A stretch of 64,000 nucleotides of DNA from an uncultured Rhabdochlamydiaceae bacterium. Lineage in GTDB: Bacteria; Chlamydiota; Chlamydiia; Chlamydiales; Rhabdochlamydiaceae. The DNA lies in contig CAVQHD010000001.1 of assembly GCA_963712275.1 (NCBI GenBank), positions 1,376,001 through 1,440,000 on the forward strand, read 5' to 3'. Under the pieces are notes generated by a model. It was not told where the DNA came from and did not search any database. It was given only the letters and a program-made list of their open reading frames with translations. This document shows, in pieces, positions 28,069 to 38,282 of this stretch; positions within the stretch are counted from its first letter, which is position 1; the number at the start of each line of letters is the position of its first letter. Position numbers and translations under genes: made by a program.

Positions 28069-29481
28069 ATGGATCTAAACGAATTAAAAAAAGTCGTCTC
28101 TCGAGGCGAAGACAGTCGTCATCAATTCAAAGAAGACATTCGCAATGGTGATTCTTTAGCTGCAGAGATGGTGGCATTTTCTAATTCTTGCGGAGGCCGC
28201 ATTTTTATTGGCGTGTCAAATAAAGGAAATTTGCTTGGTCTTTCTACCAGGGATGTAGATAGGGTCAATCAGCTAATCAGCAATAGCGCGAGTCAACATG
28301 TAAAAAGCCCAATTACTATTCACACTGAAAACATCTCTGTGGCGTCTGATCGGATAGTAGTTGTATTAGCGATTTCTGAAGGAATTGATAAGCCTTATTT
28401 TGACAATGAAGGTGTCATTTGGTTGAAAAGCGGGGCAGATAAAAGACGTATCCATTCTAAAGAGGAACTGAGACGTCTTTTCCAGGAAGTTGATCTTGTC
28501 CATGCAGATGAGGTTCCGACACGAGCAGGGGTTGAGGCTATAAATTCAAACCGTTTTTTGGATTTTCTTAAAGATGTCTATCATGAAGTGTTGCCTGACT
28601 CAAATGAGGAAAGACTTAAGCTTCTTGAAAACATGAACTTATCCACTAATAACCGGCTAAATCTTGCCGGCCTCCTTTTGTTTGGCGACAAACCTCAGCT
28701 CTATAAACCAGAATTTGTCGTTAAGGCTGTTACATTTGCTGGCAGGGGCTTAGCCGACAGCTATTTAGATAGTGAGGATTTTGAAGGGTCGCTCCCGATG
28801 ATTTTCCAAGGAGCCTTGTCATTCATCATGCGAAATTTACGTAAAATACAAAAGCACAGAGGAGTTAATACAGTAGGCGAGCCTGAGATTCCTCAGACTG
28901 TTTTTGAAGAGCTTTTAGTCAATGCTCTCATTCATCGAGATTATTTTATTAGCGCACCAATAAGGTTATTCGTTTTCGAAGATCGCGTGGAAATCATTAA
29001 TCCAGGTCATTTACCTGATCATCTTACTATTGAAAAAATCCGGGCGGGAAACTCCATCCAGCGTAATCCCATTTTAGCTTCATTTGTTGCAAAAGGATTA
29101 CTTCCGTACAGGGGTCTTGGAACCGGAGTAAGACGCGCGTTGCAGGATTGGCCGCAAATACAATTTATTGATGATCGTGATGGATGCCTCTTTACGTCCC
29201 TTGTTCTAAGGATAAAGATGCAAAAATTGCCGAATAAAGAGGTTTTAAAGATGCAAGATGCACCTTTAAATGCACCTTTATCTTATTTGCAACAGCAGAT
29301 TTTAGAAATTATTCATGGGGATTCTAGAGCTTCTTATGAGTTGCTTATGACCAAGCTTGGTAAAAATCGAACTACAATTATGAGAAATATTCAAAAAATG
29401 AAAGATGCAGGCGTTTTACGACGGGTAGGATCAAAAAAAACCGGCTACTGGGAAATTTTGTGCGCAGCAAAGTTCTTCTAG
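28069..29481 (+). CDS. AlbA_2/Schlafen-like domain + HATPase_c_4-like domain + C-terminal HTH
   Basis: GEDSRHQFK, AFSNSCGGRIFIGV, ELLVNALIHRDY, RNPILA, GTGV and RVGSKKTGYW motifs. Confidence 0.85.
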   Translation: MDLNELKKVVSRGEDSRHQFKEDIRNGDSLAAEMVAFSNSCGGRIFIGVSNKGNLLGLSTRDVDRVNQLISNSASQHVKSPITIHTENISVASDRIVVVLAISEGIDKPYFDNEGVIWLKSGADKRRIHSKEELRRLFQEVDLVHADEVPTRAGVEAINSNRFLDFLKDVYHEVLPDSNEERLKLLENMNLSTNNRLNLAGLLLFGDKPQLYKPEFVVKAVTFAGRGLADSYLDSEDFEGSLPMIFQGALSFIMRNLRKIQKHRGVNTVGEPEIPQTVFEELLVNALIHRDYFISAPIRLFVFEDRVEIINPGHLPDHLTIEKIRAGNSIQRNPILASFVAKGLLPYRGLGTGVRRALQDWPQIQFIDDRDGCLFTSLVLRIKMQKLPNKEVLKMQDAPLNAPLSYLQQQILEIIHGDSRASYELLMTKLGKNRTTIMRNIQKMKDAGVLRRVGSKKTGYWEILCAAKFF

Positions 29482-29502
29482 TACAGCTTCTTAGCAAAAA
29501 AT

Positions 29503-29588
29503 ATCCTAAAATCGTCAAATGTCATTGTTTGGATAAGCTTGCATCCTAGAATTGACAAATGTCAATCCTTGGATATTACAAAATCCTA
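29503..29588. promoter_or_regulatory. Tandem imperfect palindromes with 40-bp period (possible operators)
   Basis: atccta recurs at 29503, 29543 and 29583. The best unit, atcctagaattgacaaatgtcaatccttggat, is a dyad containing TTGACA. Confidence 0.45.
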
Positions 29589-29668
29589 TGTTCTAGATTT
29601 TTATAAGTTGCAATAAATTTTTTATTTAGCCATCCTCAAAACTCAATTCTTTCCTTATCGGAGTGTTT

Positions 29669-32600
29669 ATGGCGCTTTCCAGCCCAAATCAAGACCCCTC
29701 CAGTCTGAAGCAATTCCTCGCTGTCCCCACCACCCCATGGATGATGAGCCCAGCCCTGCTTCAGAGACTCACCCAGCAGCCCGACCTTCCAGGCAAACGG
29801 TTTAAGATCTGTGTGCTCCTTCCTACCGACCTTGAGAAAGACTTCGTCCTTGAGTGCTTTCTGCGAACAAAACCGACAAACTACAGCATCGGTAAAATCT
29901 CTTGCATCCACCACTCCTTCCATACAGCAGCCTTCGAGGCAGAGCTCATCAACATCGAAGAAGAGGCCCACAAATTCCTCCCCCGCTGGAATGAAGAGGC
30001 AGGATCTCAACAAAAGAAATGGGTTATCCACCGGTGGAAAGAGGCCGCCAGTGAGTTTTCCCCCCTTGAAATCGCCAGCCTGCAGCAGAAAAATACCCTC
30101 TCCCTCGCTAAAGTTTTACCCCTTTGGCATGGCAGCAGCTTCGATAAGTGCCAATCCATCTGCTCCTCAGGTTTTACATACTTTGGTAAACACCACTTTT
30201 TCGACTCAAGCGCCCCCTCTAATACCACTATAGGCAGCACAGACATCGGCTTCTTCGGCAGCGGCATTTATTTTACTAACAGCGCCAACTATGCCTCTTT
30301 CTACTCTCAAGGCCACCTCCTCCTCTCCTGGGTCTCTATGCGAGAGCCGTATCCCGTCATCAACGACGTCCCTTCCCCGCAGGAAGGCACCGACATGAAA
30401 ATCTTAGAAGGAAAAGGAGCCTACCAAAACTACAACGCCCACTATATTCCCGTCGTTTCAACGAATCCCAAAGATCCCGATTGCATCTACTATTACCCCT
30501 GCTACAAAGATCAACAGCCTGCTTGGGATGAGCTCGTCGTCTTCCAACGATCTCAAACCCTCCCCCGTTTTTGGGTCGAGCTTTCCGTCGACACTCCAGC
30601 GCTTCTACTCAAACAAACCTATTACTTTTCCGACTGCTATGCCGCCTGTCAAAAAGGAGACCTTTCCTTCGTCAAAAGCTGGATCACCGAAAATCCTAAG
30701 CAACTCAAACAAAAAAACGAAATCGGAGAAACCCTTCTTTATGCAGCTGTTAAAGGAAACAAACTCTCCATTCTCCAATGGCTCCACAGCCAAGATACCA
30801 CCCTCCTTGCCGTCATCCGAAAAGACAGCCTCTCCCTCCAGCATATCGCAGCAGCAGCAGGGTATGCTGAAATTTCCCAGTGGCTCCATACACAAGACCC
30901 CACCCAACTCCAGCAAAAGAGCAGTAAACAGGAAACCCCTCTTCATCTCGCCGCTTATGGACAGCACCTCTCCATCCTCAAGATGTTCTTACCTCAAATC
31001 CAAGCCGACCCCTCCTTTATCCTCAAAATCGCCGAACACCCCTGTAGTAAAACCCTCGCCTATCTCATTGAACAAGGCGCCAATCCCAATAGCTCCAACC
31101 GCTTCAAACAAACCCTCCTCCATATCTCAGCCCAAGCCGGCCATGAAGACAACATCCTCACCCTTCTTGAGCATGGAGCTCAGATCGATCCCCAAGACCA
31201 CTCCCATCGCACCCCTCTGTTTCTCGCCGTTCTACGAGGCCACCGCACCGCCATCCAGTGCCTCCTTCAGCATTAAGCCCGTGTTGACATCCCCTCCGTC
31301 GAAAAAGAGACCCTCCTTCATGCCGCCGCTTTTTATGGAAATACCCCCCTCCTCAAAGACCTCTTAAGCCATCCAGGATGTCAAAAGCTCATCAATGCCA
31401 AAGACCATGATGGCAAAACCCCCCTCCATAAAGCTGTCTGGGCAGATCCCAAACCCGACATCGTCGATCTTCTTTTGTCTTCTGGAGCACAGCCCACAGC
31501 AAGTAACAACTACGGCTATACCCCCCTCCACTGGGCAGCCAAACATGGCCACGTCAAAAGTGCACAACTCCTCGATGCAAAAGGAGCTTCCATCGACACT
31601 CCTAATATCAATGGAGATACCCCTCTTGATCTCGCTCTTCACCACTCTCAAGATCAGATCGTCTATACCCTCTTAGACGCCAAGCAATCGGACTTTAAGC
31701 GAGCCACCTCTCAAGATCGAGAAGCGTATTACTTTAACTGTCTCTTAGAAGCCAAGAAAAACAACCACCTTCAAGAGCAGGCCCTCTATCTCTTTAAACT
31801 CAGCGACCATTACATCGAACTCAGCCACACTCAGCATCAAAACCCCATCAGTCAGCACAACTCCCTCCTCAAAGCCGCTAAGCTTTTAAACTCCGCGCTA
31901 GCCATCCTGCCCCCTTCAAAAAAATGCCTCCCTTTAAGACGGTCCCTCTTTCGAAGACTTGAGCGTGTCGAAGGCTATTTCCTCAAGACTCAAGGCATTG
32001 AAAACCCCTCTTATACCAGCACATTACAAAAAGATCGCAGGCATCTGAAAGAAGTCCGGCAAGCCTGTGAAGTCGCCTTCCAACAAGGGAAACCCGCCGA
32101 AGAAATCTCAGCCACCTTAACCCAGGCTTTTAAAGAGATACTCGTTCATCTCATCATCACTTCTCAACAACTACTTGGACCTCCTCCCGTCCGATGGGCA
32201 GCCATAGCCACGGGTTCGATGGCTCGAGGCGAAATGTGCCCCTACTCCGACATTGAATTTGCATTTTTAATCGAAAAAGAAAGTCCAGAAGCCCTTACTT
32301 ACTTCCGCTCTCTCTCGCACTTTTTACAACTCCGCATCATCAACCTCGGAGAAACCACCTTCCCCGTCTTTGGAGAAGGAGAGCCCAGTCCCACCTCAAA
32401 TGGCTTTTGCCTCGACACCGGAGGCAACACCCCATTAGGAGTCGAAGGGTGGTATGAGCTCATTGCAGCACCTGAGCAGCTCGCTCGTTTTCAAACCCAC
32501 CAGTGGATGGATGAAAACATCATCCTCACCAACACCCTCAACTGCGTCTCCCTCATTACAGGAGAGGAAAAGCTAGTTAAGAAATATGAGAAAGCAAAAG

Positions 32601-35068
32601 ACAAAGTCGCCCAAGCAACTCCTCAAAAACTTAAACTGCCCAAAATCTCTCATAAAGCTATCTCCAATTTCCACCACGACCTTGCTTTCCGCCTTTTATA
32701 CGGCCACTTGAAGGAATTTGAGCCCGACCTCTCCAAGGAAAAAGAGACCCTCCAGGCCTTTGGGATAAAAAAAGAACTCTACCGCCCCCTCCAAGAAGTC
32801 CTTAGCAGCCTTGCCCTCTTCTACAACATCTCCGCAAAAAGCAGCTTTGATAAAATCGACGCCCTCCTCCAGTTAGGAGTCTTCTCTAAAAAAGGAGCTG
32901 AAAACCTCAAAACAGCCCTCCGTCAAGTCCTTGCCTTACGTATCGAAGCCCACCTCTTCTATAAAACCGAGCAAGAGTTTTTGTTCCAGCTTGAATCTCA
33001 GCAGCCCGAAACCAAAAAAGAGGAAGCTAAAAAGCTCTCAAAAACCAGCTCACCGTCTGTAGAGAAAACCACATCGACGTGGCTCAAAGCGACAGTCACA
33101 CTAGATCAGTCCTCTACGCCTCCAGGCAAGTTAACAAGCCGCAAGACCCCTATCAACAAGCGCTCAAAATCCGACTCGCCGCCTGTAGAGAAAACCACAT
33201 CGACGTGGCTCAAAGCGACAGTCACATCGGAGAATCCATCACTGTCTATAGACGAGCCAGAGAGCGGCAAGACTCCTCCCAAACTGTATTTAGATGACAC
33301 CTCGCTAGACAAGCTTCAAGCGATCTACCGAGTCATCTTGCCATTTCATGCCTGTGCGAAAGAGTTTGTAGCCACTTCTAAGAAGGAAGCCTTTTGCAAA
33401 AGCGAGTTCTACGATGAAAGCCCTCTCACCCAAGGAGAAGCGTATGAAAAAACACTTCAGTACAAAAAGGCTCAACTTGCCCGCCAGCAAGCCGTTGCTT
33501 TAAACCCCAACGATGTCGATGCGCTTCTTGCTTTAGGAAAGGTTGAAGAGACGTTGGGCAACGCTCAAGAAGCGCTTCAGCGGCATCAGAAAGCACTTCA
33601 AATCGCGCAAAAAACCTATGGCGAAGATCACCCCACTGTGGCTGCAAGCTACAATAACATCGGAGCGGCCTTGGACGCCCTCGGGCGAGCTAGCGAGGCG
33701 CTGGACTCCCATCAAAAAGCGCTCAAGGTTCGGCTTGCCGTCTGTGGAGAAAACCACCCCACTGTGGCTGCAAGCTACAATAACATCGGAGCGGCCTTGG
33801 ACGCCCTCGGGCGAGCTAGCGAGGCGCTGGACTCCCATCAAAAAGCGCTCAAGGTTCGGCTTGCCGTCTGTGGAGAAAACCACCCCACTGTGGCTGCAAG
33901 CTACAATAACATCGGAGCGGCCTTGGGCGACCTCGGGCGGGCAAGCGAAGCGCTGGACTCCTATCAAAAAGCGCTCAAGATCCAGCTTGCCGTCTATGGC
34001 GAAAACCACCCTGATGTGGCTACAAGCTACAATAACATCGGAGCGGCCCTGAGAACCCTCGGGCGGGCAAGCGAAGCGCTGGACTCCCATCAAAAAGCGC
34101 TCAAGATCCGGCTTGTTGTCTATGGCGAAAACCATCCCACTGTGGCTACAAGCTACAATAACATCGGATTGACCCTTAAAGCTCTCGGGCGGGCAAGCGA
34201 AGCGCTGGACTTCCATCAAAAAGCGCTCAAGATCCAGCTTGCCGTCTATGGTGAAAACCACCCTGATGTGGCTGCAAGCTACAATAACATCGGATTGACC
34301 CTCCAAGCCCTCGGGCGGGCAAGCGAAGCGCTGGACTTCCATCAAAAAGCGCTCAAGATCTGGCTTGCTGTCTATGACGAAAACCACCCCACTGTGGCTG
34401 CAAGCTACAATAACATTGGATTGACCCTCAAAGCCCTCGGGCGGGCAAGCGAAGCGCTGGACTCCTTTCAAAAAGCGCTCAAGATCGAGCTTGCCATCTA
34501 TGGTGAAAACCGCCCTGATGTGGCTACAAGCTACAATAACATCGGATTGGCCCTGAGGACCCTCGGGCGGGCAAGCGAAGCGCTGGACTCTCATCAAAAA
34601 GTGCTCAAGATTTGGCTTGCCGTCTATGGCGAAAACCACCCCCATGTGGTTGCAAGCTACAATAACATCGGAGCGGCCCTCAAAGCTCTCGGGCGGGCAA
34701 GCGAGGCGCTGGACTCCTTTCAAAAAGCGCTCAAGATCTGGCTTGCTGTCTATGACGAAAACCACCCCACTGTGGCTGCAAGCTACAATAACATCGGATT
34801 GACCCTCCAAGCCCTCGGGCGGGCAAGCGAGGCGCTGAACTCCCATCAAAAAGCCTTTTTGATTGGTTGTAAGGTATATGATCAAAAACACCCTGATTTA
34901 ATCTTATACTTGAAAAATCTTATTGCTTGTTTAGAGAAACAAAAAACTCCTGAAAATCAGCGCCGGATGATACAAGAAGTTTATCCCTATTGTGTCAAGA
35001 CATTAGGAAAAGACGACGAGTTGACGCAAAAGCTCTTAGCAGCAGCATCTAACAGCAATAAGGTATAA
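29669..35068 (+). pseudogene. PARP-like ART + ankyrin + nucleotidyltransferase + TPR protein, interrupted by one in-frame TAA (31274-31276)
   Basis: ORFs 29663-31276 and 31475-35068 share a frame, and the 66 codons between them encode ankyrin repeats (TLLHAAA, GKTPLHKAV). Motifs: LWHGS, FGSGIYF, DELVVF, GSMARGE..PYSDIEF. Confidence 0.8.
33590..34860 (+). repeat. 126-bp tandem array encoding ten 42-aa TPR units (kinesin-light-chain type)
   Basis: Ten copies of HPxVAxSYNNIG...LGRASEALD.HQKAL. Confidence 0.95.
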
Positions 35069-35165
35069 GTTTAAGTTTGCTTAGCTCGTCGGTGACAAGA
35101 AGCACTGCAGGATGGCATATCGTCATGAGTTTAATTACCGAGGCGCTAGAGGTTGTCATAAATCC

Positions 35166-35516
35166 CTAAGAGGGTGCTTCCTCGCTTGTAGCTTCGAGCG
35201 TCATGAGAGATTTGACTTCAAGTTGAGATTCGGCAATCACGACTTGCTTGCCTTCAACTTCGATGCGATAGAGCATGGTTTTGGGGCTTAAGGCCTTTTT
35301 TTCAAGCACTTTCAACGACTGCCCTGAACTGCCCCCAAAGCGGGCTCCGGAAAGTCGCTTCAAGAACCAGACCGTTCCAATCACTCCAACGATGAGAGCC
35401 AGGAGCGTTAAGAACATCTTTAAAAAAGCTCCTTCATAGCTAGGGAGGGCTTCTGAGGGAGCTGGCGTAACATCGGCAAGGAAAGTGAAAAGAAATAATA
35501 ACATGAACTTCATCAT
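35166..35516 (-). CDS. FliO/FliZ family protein
   Basis: TM helix ending WFLKR, followed by LKVLEKKALSPKTMLYRIEVEGKQVVIAES. Confidence 0.75.
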   Translation of the reverse strand: MMKFMLLFLFTFLADVTPAPSEALPSYEGAFLKMFLTLLALIVGVIGTVWFLKRLSGARFGGSSGQSLKVLEKKALSPKTMLYRIEVEGKQVVIAESQLEVKSLMTLEATSEEAPS

Positions 35517-35560
35517 TGGGGATTATCTGTTTATTTTCAACTATGATACAGTTAAACGGT

Positions 35561-36847
35561 ATGAAAGCACTCGATTTAGCTCTCAAGGCCGGACGGCTTA
35601 GGCAAAGTCCGATCACCCATTTTGTGCATCATTGTGCAGAACATCGGCAGCACGCTCGGGAAACGATTCCTGTTTTTGAAAATTTCTGTTTTATTCTTGC
35701 CCTTTTTCGCACAAAAACCGCAGATAACGTTTTAGAGGGAAAGGATCTTTTAGAAAAGTTATTCGCCTTTCAAACCGCAGAAGGGTTTCCGGTTTATCTC
35801 CATGAATATCCTCAGTGCCGCTCTCGTGCTCTTTTGCAAAAAATCTCGCTGATTGCTGCAATTCTCCTAAGAGATTTTTCATCGGTTTTGGGAGAGGCGC
35901 TGAGAACTCGGCTCCAAGCTCTTTTAATGCCGATTGCTATTAAAGTCAATCCTCAAACTCCTGAGGATTGGGCTGAATTTTTAATTCAGACGCAAATCAC
36001 CGGAGATGATCAAACGGCTGCTCTTCAATTATGGGATTTTAAGGCTCTTTGTTTTAAAGGGGCTCAAAAACAAGACCGAGGGGAGCCTGCAGTGACGCTC
36101 TTCGACTTAATTTTGGGGCAGTGGACTGGACGGTACTCAGATCGAGCAGTTCAGGACCATCCGGTTCATTTGCAGGCAAGTTTAATCGATCCAAAGACGA
36201 TTTCTTTGCCTGAGAAATCTTCTGAGAAGAAGTGGATTAGAAGGTTTTGGGGAGAGGGGAGCCCTACGCACTCCTCTATGCTGCATACACAAGGAGAAGT
36301 CGCTGAAGAAGAGAGCTCTATTTTGATCGATCTCTCTGCTAAAGAGGTGCAAGATGAAGTCGAAATCGCCTATTTCCTCAACCGACATCCTCTGACGACT
36401 GTGTCAGTCTCTGGGAAAAAAGCAACCTCCTTTCAAATGGGAGAATCTGTTTACGTGGCTTCGGGAAGCGAAAAGTTTGAAATCGTCTTTTCTCTCGTTG
36501 AGGGAGAAGGGAGGTTTTGGGGGCATCTCTCTTTTGCCAACCGTCCAGGGCAAAAAGGAGCCCTTCAGCATGAAGAGGGAGTTGTAAAACTCCGATTTGG
36601 GGCCAAATCCGCGCTTTTTGGGCAGGATCCGGATTCTGCGCAAATAGCCTACTCTAGGTCGAGTATGTCAATTTGCGCAGAAACCGGCCCTGCCCAAAAA
36701 TCATCGAATTTGGCCTCCAAAGCGAGTTTTGCAATTCCCTCCGAAGCCTTTGATTGGGCGATTTCTCTTCGAACCATTGAGCGGAGGTCAAGATGCCTCG
36801 TTAGACTCGCATTTCAACCCGTTGGGATATATGCGGACTGCTGCTGA
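35561..36847 (+). CDS. Hypothetical protein carrying an in-frame palindromic-element insert
   Basis: Long ORF (ATG 35561) with a 57-codon insert at 36575-36745. Confidence 0.7.
   Translation: MKALDLALKAGRLRQSPITHFVHHCAEHRQHARETIPVFENFCFILALFRTKTADNVLEGKDLLEKLFAFQTAEGFPVYLHEYPQCRSRALLQKISLIAAILLRDFSSVLGEALRTRLQALLMPIAIKVNPQTPEDWAEFLIQTQITGDDQTAALQLWDFKALCFKGAQKQDRGEPAVTLFDLILGQWTGRYSDRAVQDHPVHLQASLIDPKTISLPEKSSEKKWIRRFWGEGSPTHSSMLHTQGEVAEEESSILIDLSAKEVQDEVEIAYFLNRHPLTTVSVSGKKATSFQMGESVYVASGSEKFEIVFSLVEGEGRFWGHLSFANRPGQKGALQHEEGVVKLRFGAKSALFGQDPDSAQIAYSRSSMSICAETGPAQKSSNLASKASFAIPSEAFDWAISLRTIERRSRCLVRLAFQPVGIYADCC
36575..36741 (+). mobile_element. 167-bp palindromic MITE-like element, copy A (in frame in CDS)
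   Basis: Full-length hairpin; ends gagggagttgtaaaactc / gagttttgcaattccctc; flanks tgaa / cgaa. Confidence 0.92.
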
Positions 36848-38072
36848 TTTGAACAAGCTTGACGAATCTCTATTTAAGAAGATTTCTCACGCGTTTTCCC
36901 CAGCTGAGCAGACACTGCTTCAATCGCAGTGGGAGCGCCTCCGAAAAATTGCTGTACAAAATGCAGGATATGGGTCATGGGGAGCTCATCTTTTACGACT
37001 CAGTCCTGTAGAGCTGGACTTGCTTGAGCAAACATTTAGGGAGACCATTCGAAGTATTGAAGGAGAGCACCTTCATTTAGAAGAGTCTCTTATGAGTGAG
37101 TGTTCTAATCTACCTGTTCTCCGTTTTTTACTCGATCAAACAGTGCGTTTGACGGATCTTTCCCTTGATCAGGAATCTGCAAAAGCAATGTTTTTAGAAT
37201 ACGATCCGAAGCTTGTCGCTCAATATCGGACCCATTTTCAAGAGGTGTTTAAATTTCTTGCTCATAACCTCATTTGGCAGGAGAGGGACCCCTTAGTTGC
37301 CGAAATGTTTTTAGGGAACTTAATTGCTCTTCTGCCGTATTTCGACTTTGAGCAAGGAGCCATCCTGCATTTGCTCAAGCGAATCGATGATCAATGGAGG
37401 CTCGTTTCCTACCAGCTGAAATACATTCCCTTGATTGAAGGGAAAATCCGCGCTTATGGGCTGGATCCTACCCAGGATAAGGCCTCTCCCATGCTCGTCT
37501 TTCAAGGAACCCCTTATCCAGCAGCCTCTGGATTTTTTGAGGCAATTTGGAGCGACTTACATCCAACGAAGTCTGTGGGGGAAGATATTTTTAAACAGGG
37601 GAAACCTCAGATTGACCAGTGGCTCGCAGGAAAAGAAAAAGTCGAATGTTACGGTCTCAGCTTAGGAGGAGCCTTAGCCTACCATGCAGGGCAAGCTTAC
37701 GGATCGCAAGTTGAAGTTCATGCCTATGTTGCGCCTGGGCTTATCCCCATGAAAGGAGGAATGTCGAGAATCCATGGACGGGTCTTTTTTCATTACAAAG
37801 ATCTCATCAAATCGATCGGCTTTCATCCTGAATCCGACCATTTTACAATTTATGCCGTCTTAACGAAAACAGAGCCGACGTTGATTGAGGCTCATACCAG
37901 ACCGCCGGGGATTGAGCCGACCCTCATTTTAAAGATCAACCCTCGCTATGAAAATCGAACATTTTCCAGATATTTCTTCAGCTTTCTTAAAATCGCTGTT
38001 TCAACCATTTTATTCCTCGTCTTATACCCGATTCACCTCTCCAATAAAATCGTTGAAAGCTTTAAGGAGTAA
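36831..38072 (+). CDS. Lipase-like alpha/beta hydrolase with C-terminal TM helix
   Basis: LVFQGT and nucleophile elbow YGLSLGG (GxSxG); likely ATG at 36831 overlapping the upstream stop. Confidence 0.65.
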   Translation: MRTAADLNKLDESLFKKISHAFSPAEQTLLQSQWERLRKIAVQNAGYGSWGAHLLRLSPVELDLLEQTFRETIRSIEGEHLHLEESLMSECSNLPVLRFLLDQTVRLTDLSLDQESAKAMFLEYDPKLVAQYRTHFQEVFKFLAHNLIWQERDPLVAEMFLGNLIALLPYFDFEQGAILHLLKRIDDQWRLVSYQLKYIPLIEGKIRAYGLDPTQDKASPMLVFQGTPYPAASGFFEAIWSDLHPTKSVGEDIFKQGKPQIDQWLAGKEKVECYGLSLGGALAYHAGQAYGSQVEVHAYVAPGLIPMKGGMSRIHGRVFFHYKDLIKSIGFHPESDHFTIYAVLTKTEPTLIEAHTRPPGIEPTLILKINPRYENRTFSRYFFSFLKIAVSTILFLVLYPIHLSNKIVESFKE

Positions 38073-38081
38073 AAAGACCAA

Positions 38082-38272
38082 TTTTTTCACCTTTAATTGC
38101 CATTTTTGGGCGAAAAGTGGCAATTCAAGGTGAAAAATACGTTCATTTAATTTAATTATAGTCCTCGAAGAGCAGCGTAACACTTTCTAAATCAACCGAT
38201 TATAGTATTTTTTGTAAATTTTCCCCTTAAGTTGCCATTTTTAGGCAAAAAATGGCATAATAAGGGAAAAAA
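38082..38272. promoter_or_regulatory. Two related ~55-bp palindromes upstream of the AAA_14 gene
   Basis: 38082-38138 and 38219-38272 share the core ttgccattttt(g/a)ggc..aaa.tggca with paired arms. Confidence 0.5.
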
Positions 38273-38282
38273 GTTGGAGTGT

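Noticed and set aside
30528..31367. 279-aa Ser/Pro-rich alternate-frame ORF
   Set aside because: By-product of C-rich codon usage in the ankyrin region.
33533..34891. 452-aa antisense ORF over the TPR array
   Set aside because: A stop-free frame is propagated by the 126-bp repeat; it is a shadow of the real gene.
35082..35149. Short imperfect inverted repeat (tagctcgtcggtga / ttaccgaggcgcta)
   Set aside because: Only 11 of 14 positions pair and it is single-copy here; it cannot be told from a terminator or chance.
35166..35516. Flagellar system implied by the FliO-like gene
   Set aside because: Isolated gene with no other flagellar genes in the window.
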